Of a stretch of 64,000 bases of DNA, positions 61,704 through 64,000 are shown piece by piece (position 1 is the stretch's first letter; each line of letters begins with the position of its first letter). This DNA is from Acidobacteriota bacterium. GTDB lineage: Bacteria; Acidobacteriota; Vicinamibacteria; Vicinamibacterales; UBA2999. Position numbers and translations under genes: made by a program. The notes under the pieces are model-generated. The model did not search any database and was not told where the DNA came from. It saw only the letters and a list, made by a program, of their open reading frames with translations. The stretch covers positions 1,964 through 65,963 of the forward strand of contig JANLWW010000144.1 of assembly GCA_031364805.1 (NCBI GenBank). Reading direction: 5' to 3'.

Positions 61704-64000
<2,297 letters not shown>

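Overview
High-GC bacterial chromosome segment from a diderm organism: it carries Kdo/LapB LPS genes, LolA and two secretins. The gene style is reminiscent of Acidobacteriota-like lineages, but I cannot verify taxonomy here. I call about 67 protein genes and one tRNA-Ala(CGC). Genes are tightly packed, and many neighbours share 1-4 nt start/stop overlaps (ATGA, GTGA, TAATG).

Content is overwhelmingly core housekeeping:
- nrdR and an NtrY-like kinase with a sigma-54 response regulator
- pgpA-cinA-thpR-gpsA
- ftsY-ribD-ribE-ribBA, then ffh-rpsP-KH-rimM-trmD-rplS-rnhB
- a TPR / RodZ-like block
- a GHMP kinase-PolX operon, divergent from a seven-gene nagZ-ldcA-mpl-pxpB-pxpC-murB-murA chain
- a lolA-secretin pair, tRNA-Ala, pfkA
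- rplM-rpsI-rpsB-tsf-pyrH-frr-thrC
- pilMNOPQ followed by two lipoproteins and a TPR protein
- pepP-accB-accC-thiE, an amino-acid permease, folD, coaE
- kdsB-pyrG-kdsA-kdsD-lapB

I see no rRNA, CRISPR array, transposase or integrase, prophage, toxin-antitoxin pair or recognisable defence genes. I did not find a convincing novel multi-gene system, and most of the window is ordinary.

The features that ordinary annotation does not explain are:
1. Two arrays of 8-nt and 9-nt periodic short repeats, each followed by inverted copies, in the rpsB-tsf and tsf-pyrH spacers.
2. A recurring geometry in which a near-consensus -10 hexamer sits 6-14 nt upstream of a start codon with no Shine-Dalgarno sequence (candidate leaderless or short-leader mRNAs). 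This includes a 10-bp palindrome that reads TATAAT on both strands in a 26-bp divergent spacer.
3. An orphan TPR-lipoprotein secretin overlapping the end of lolA.
4. Uncharacterised lipoproteins (one Ig-like/PKD) appended to pilMNOPQ.
5. An in-frame, internally deleted plsY remnant.
6. Several starts that must be non-canonical, and one same-frame TGA junction.

All functional calls come from reading the translated ORFs for family motifs; no database search was possible.
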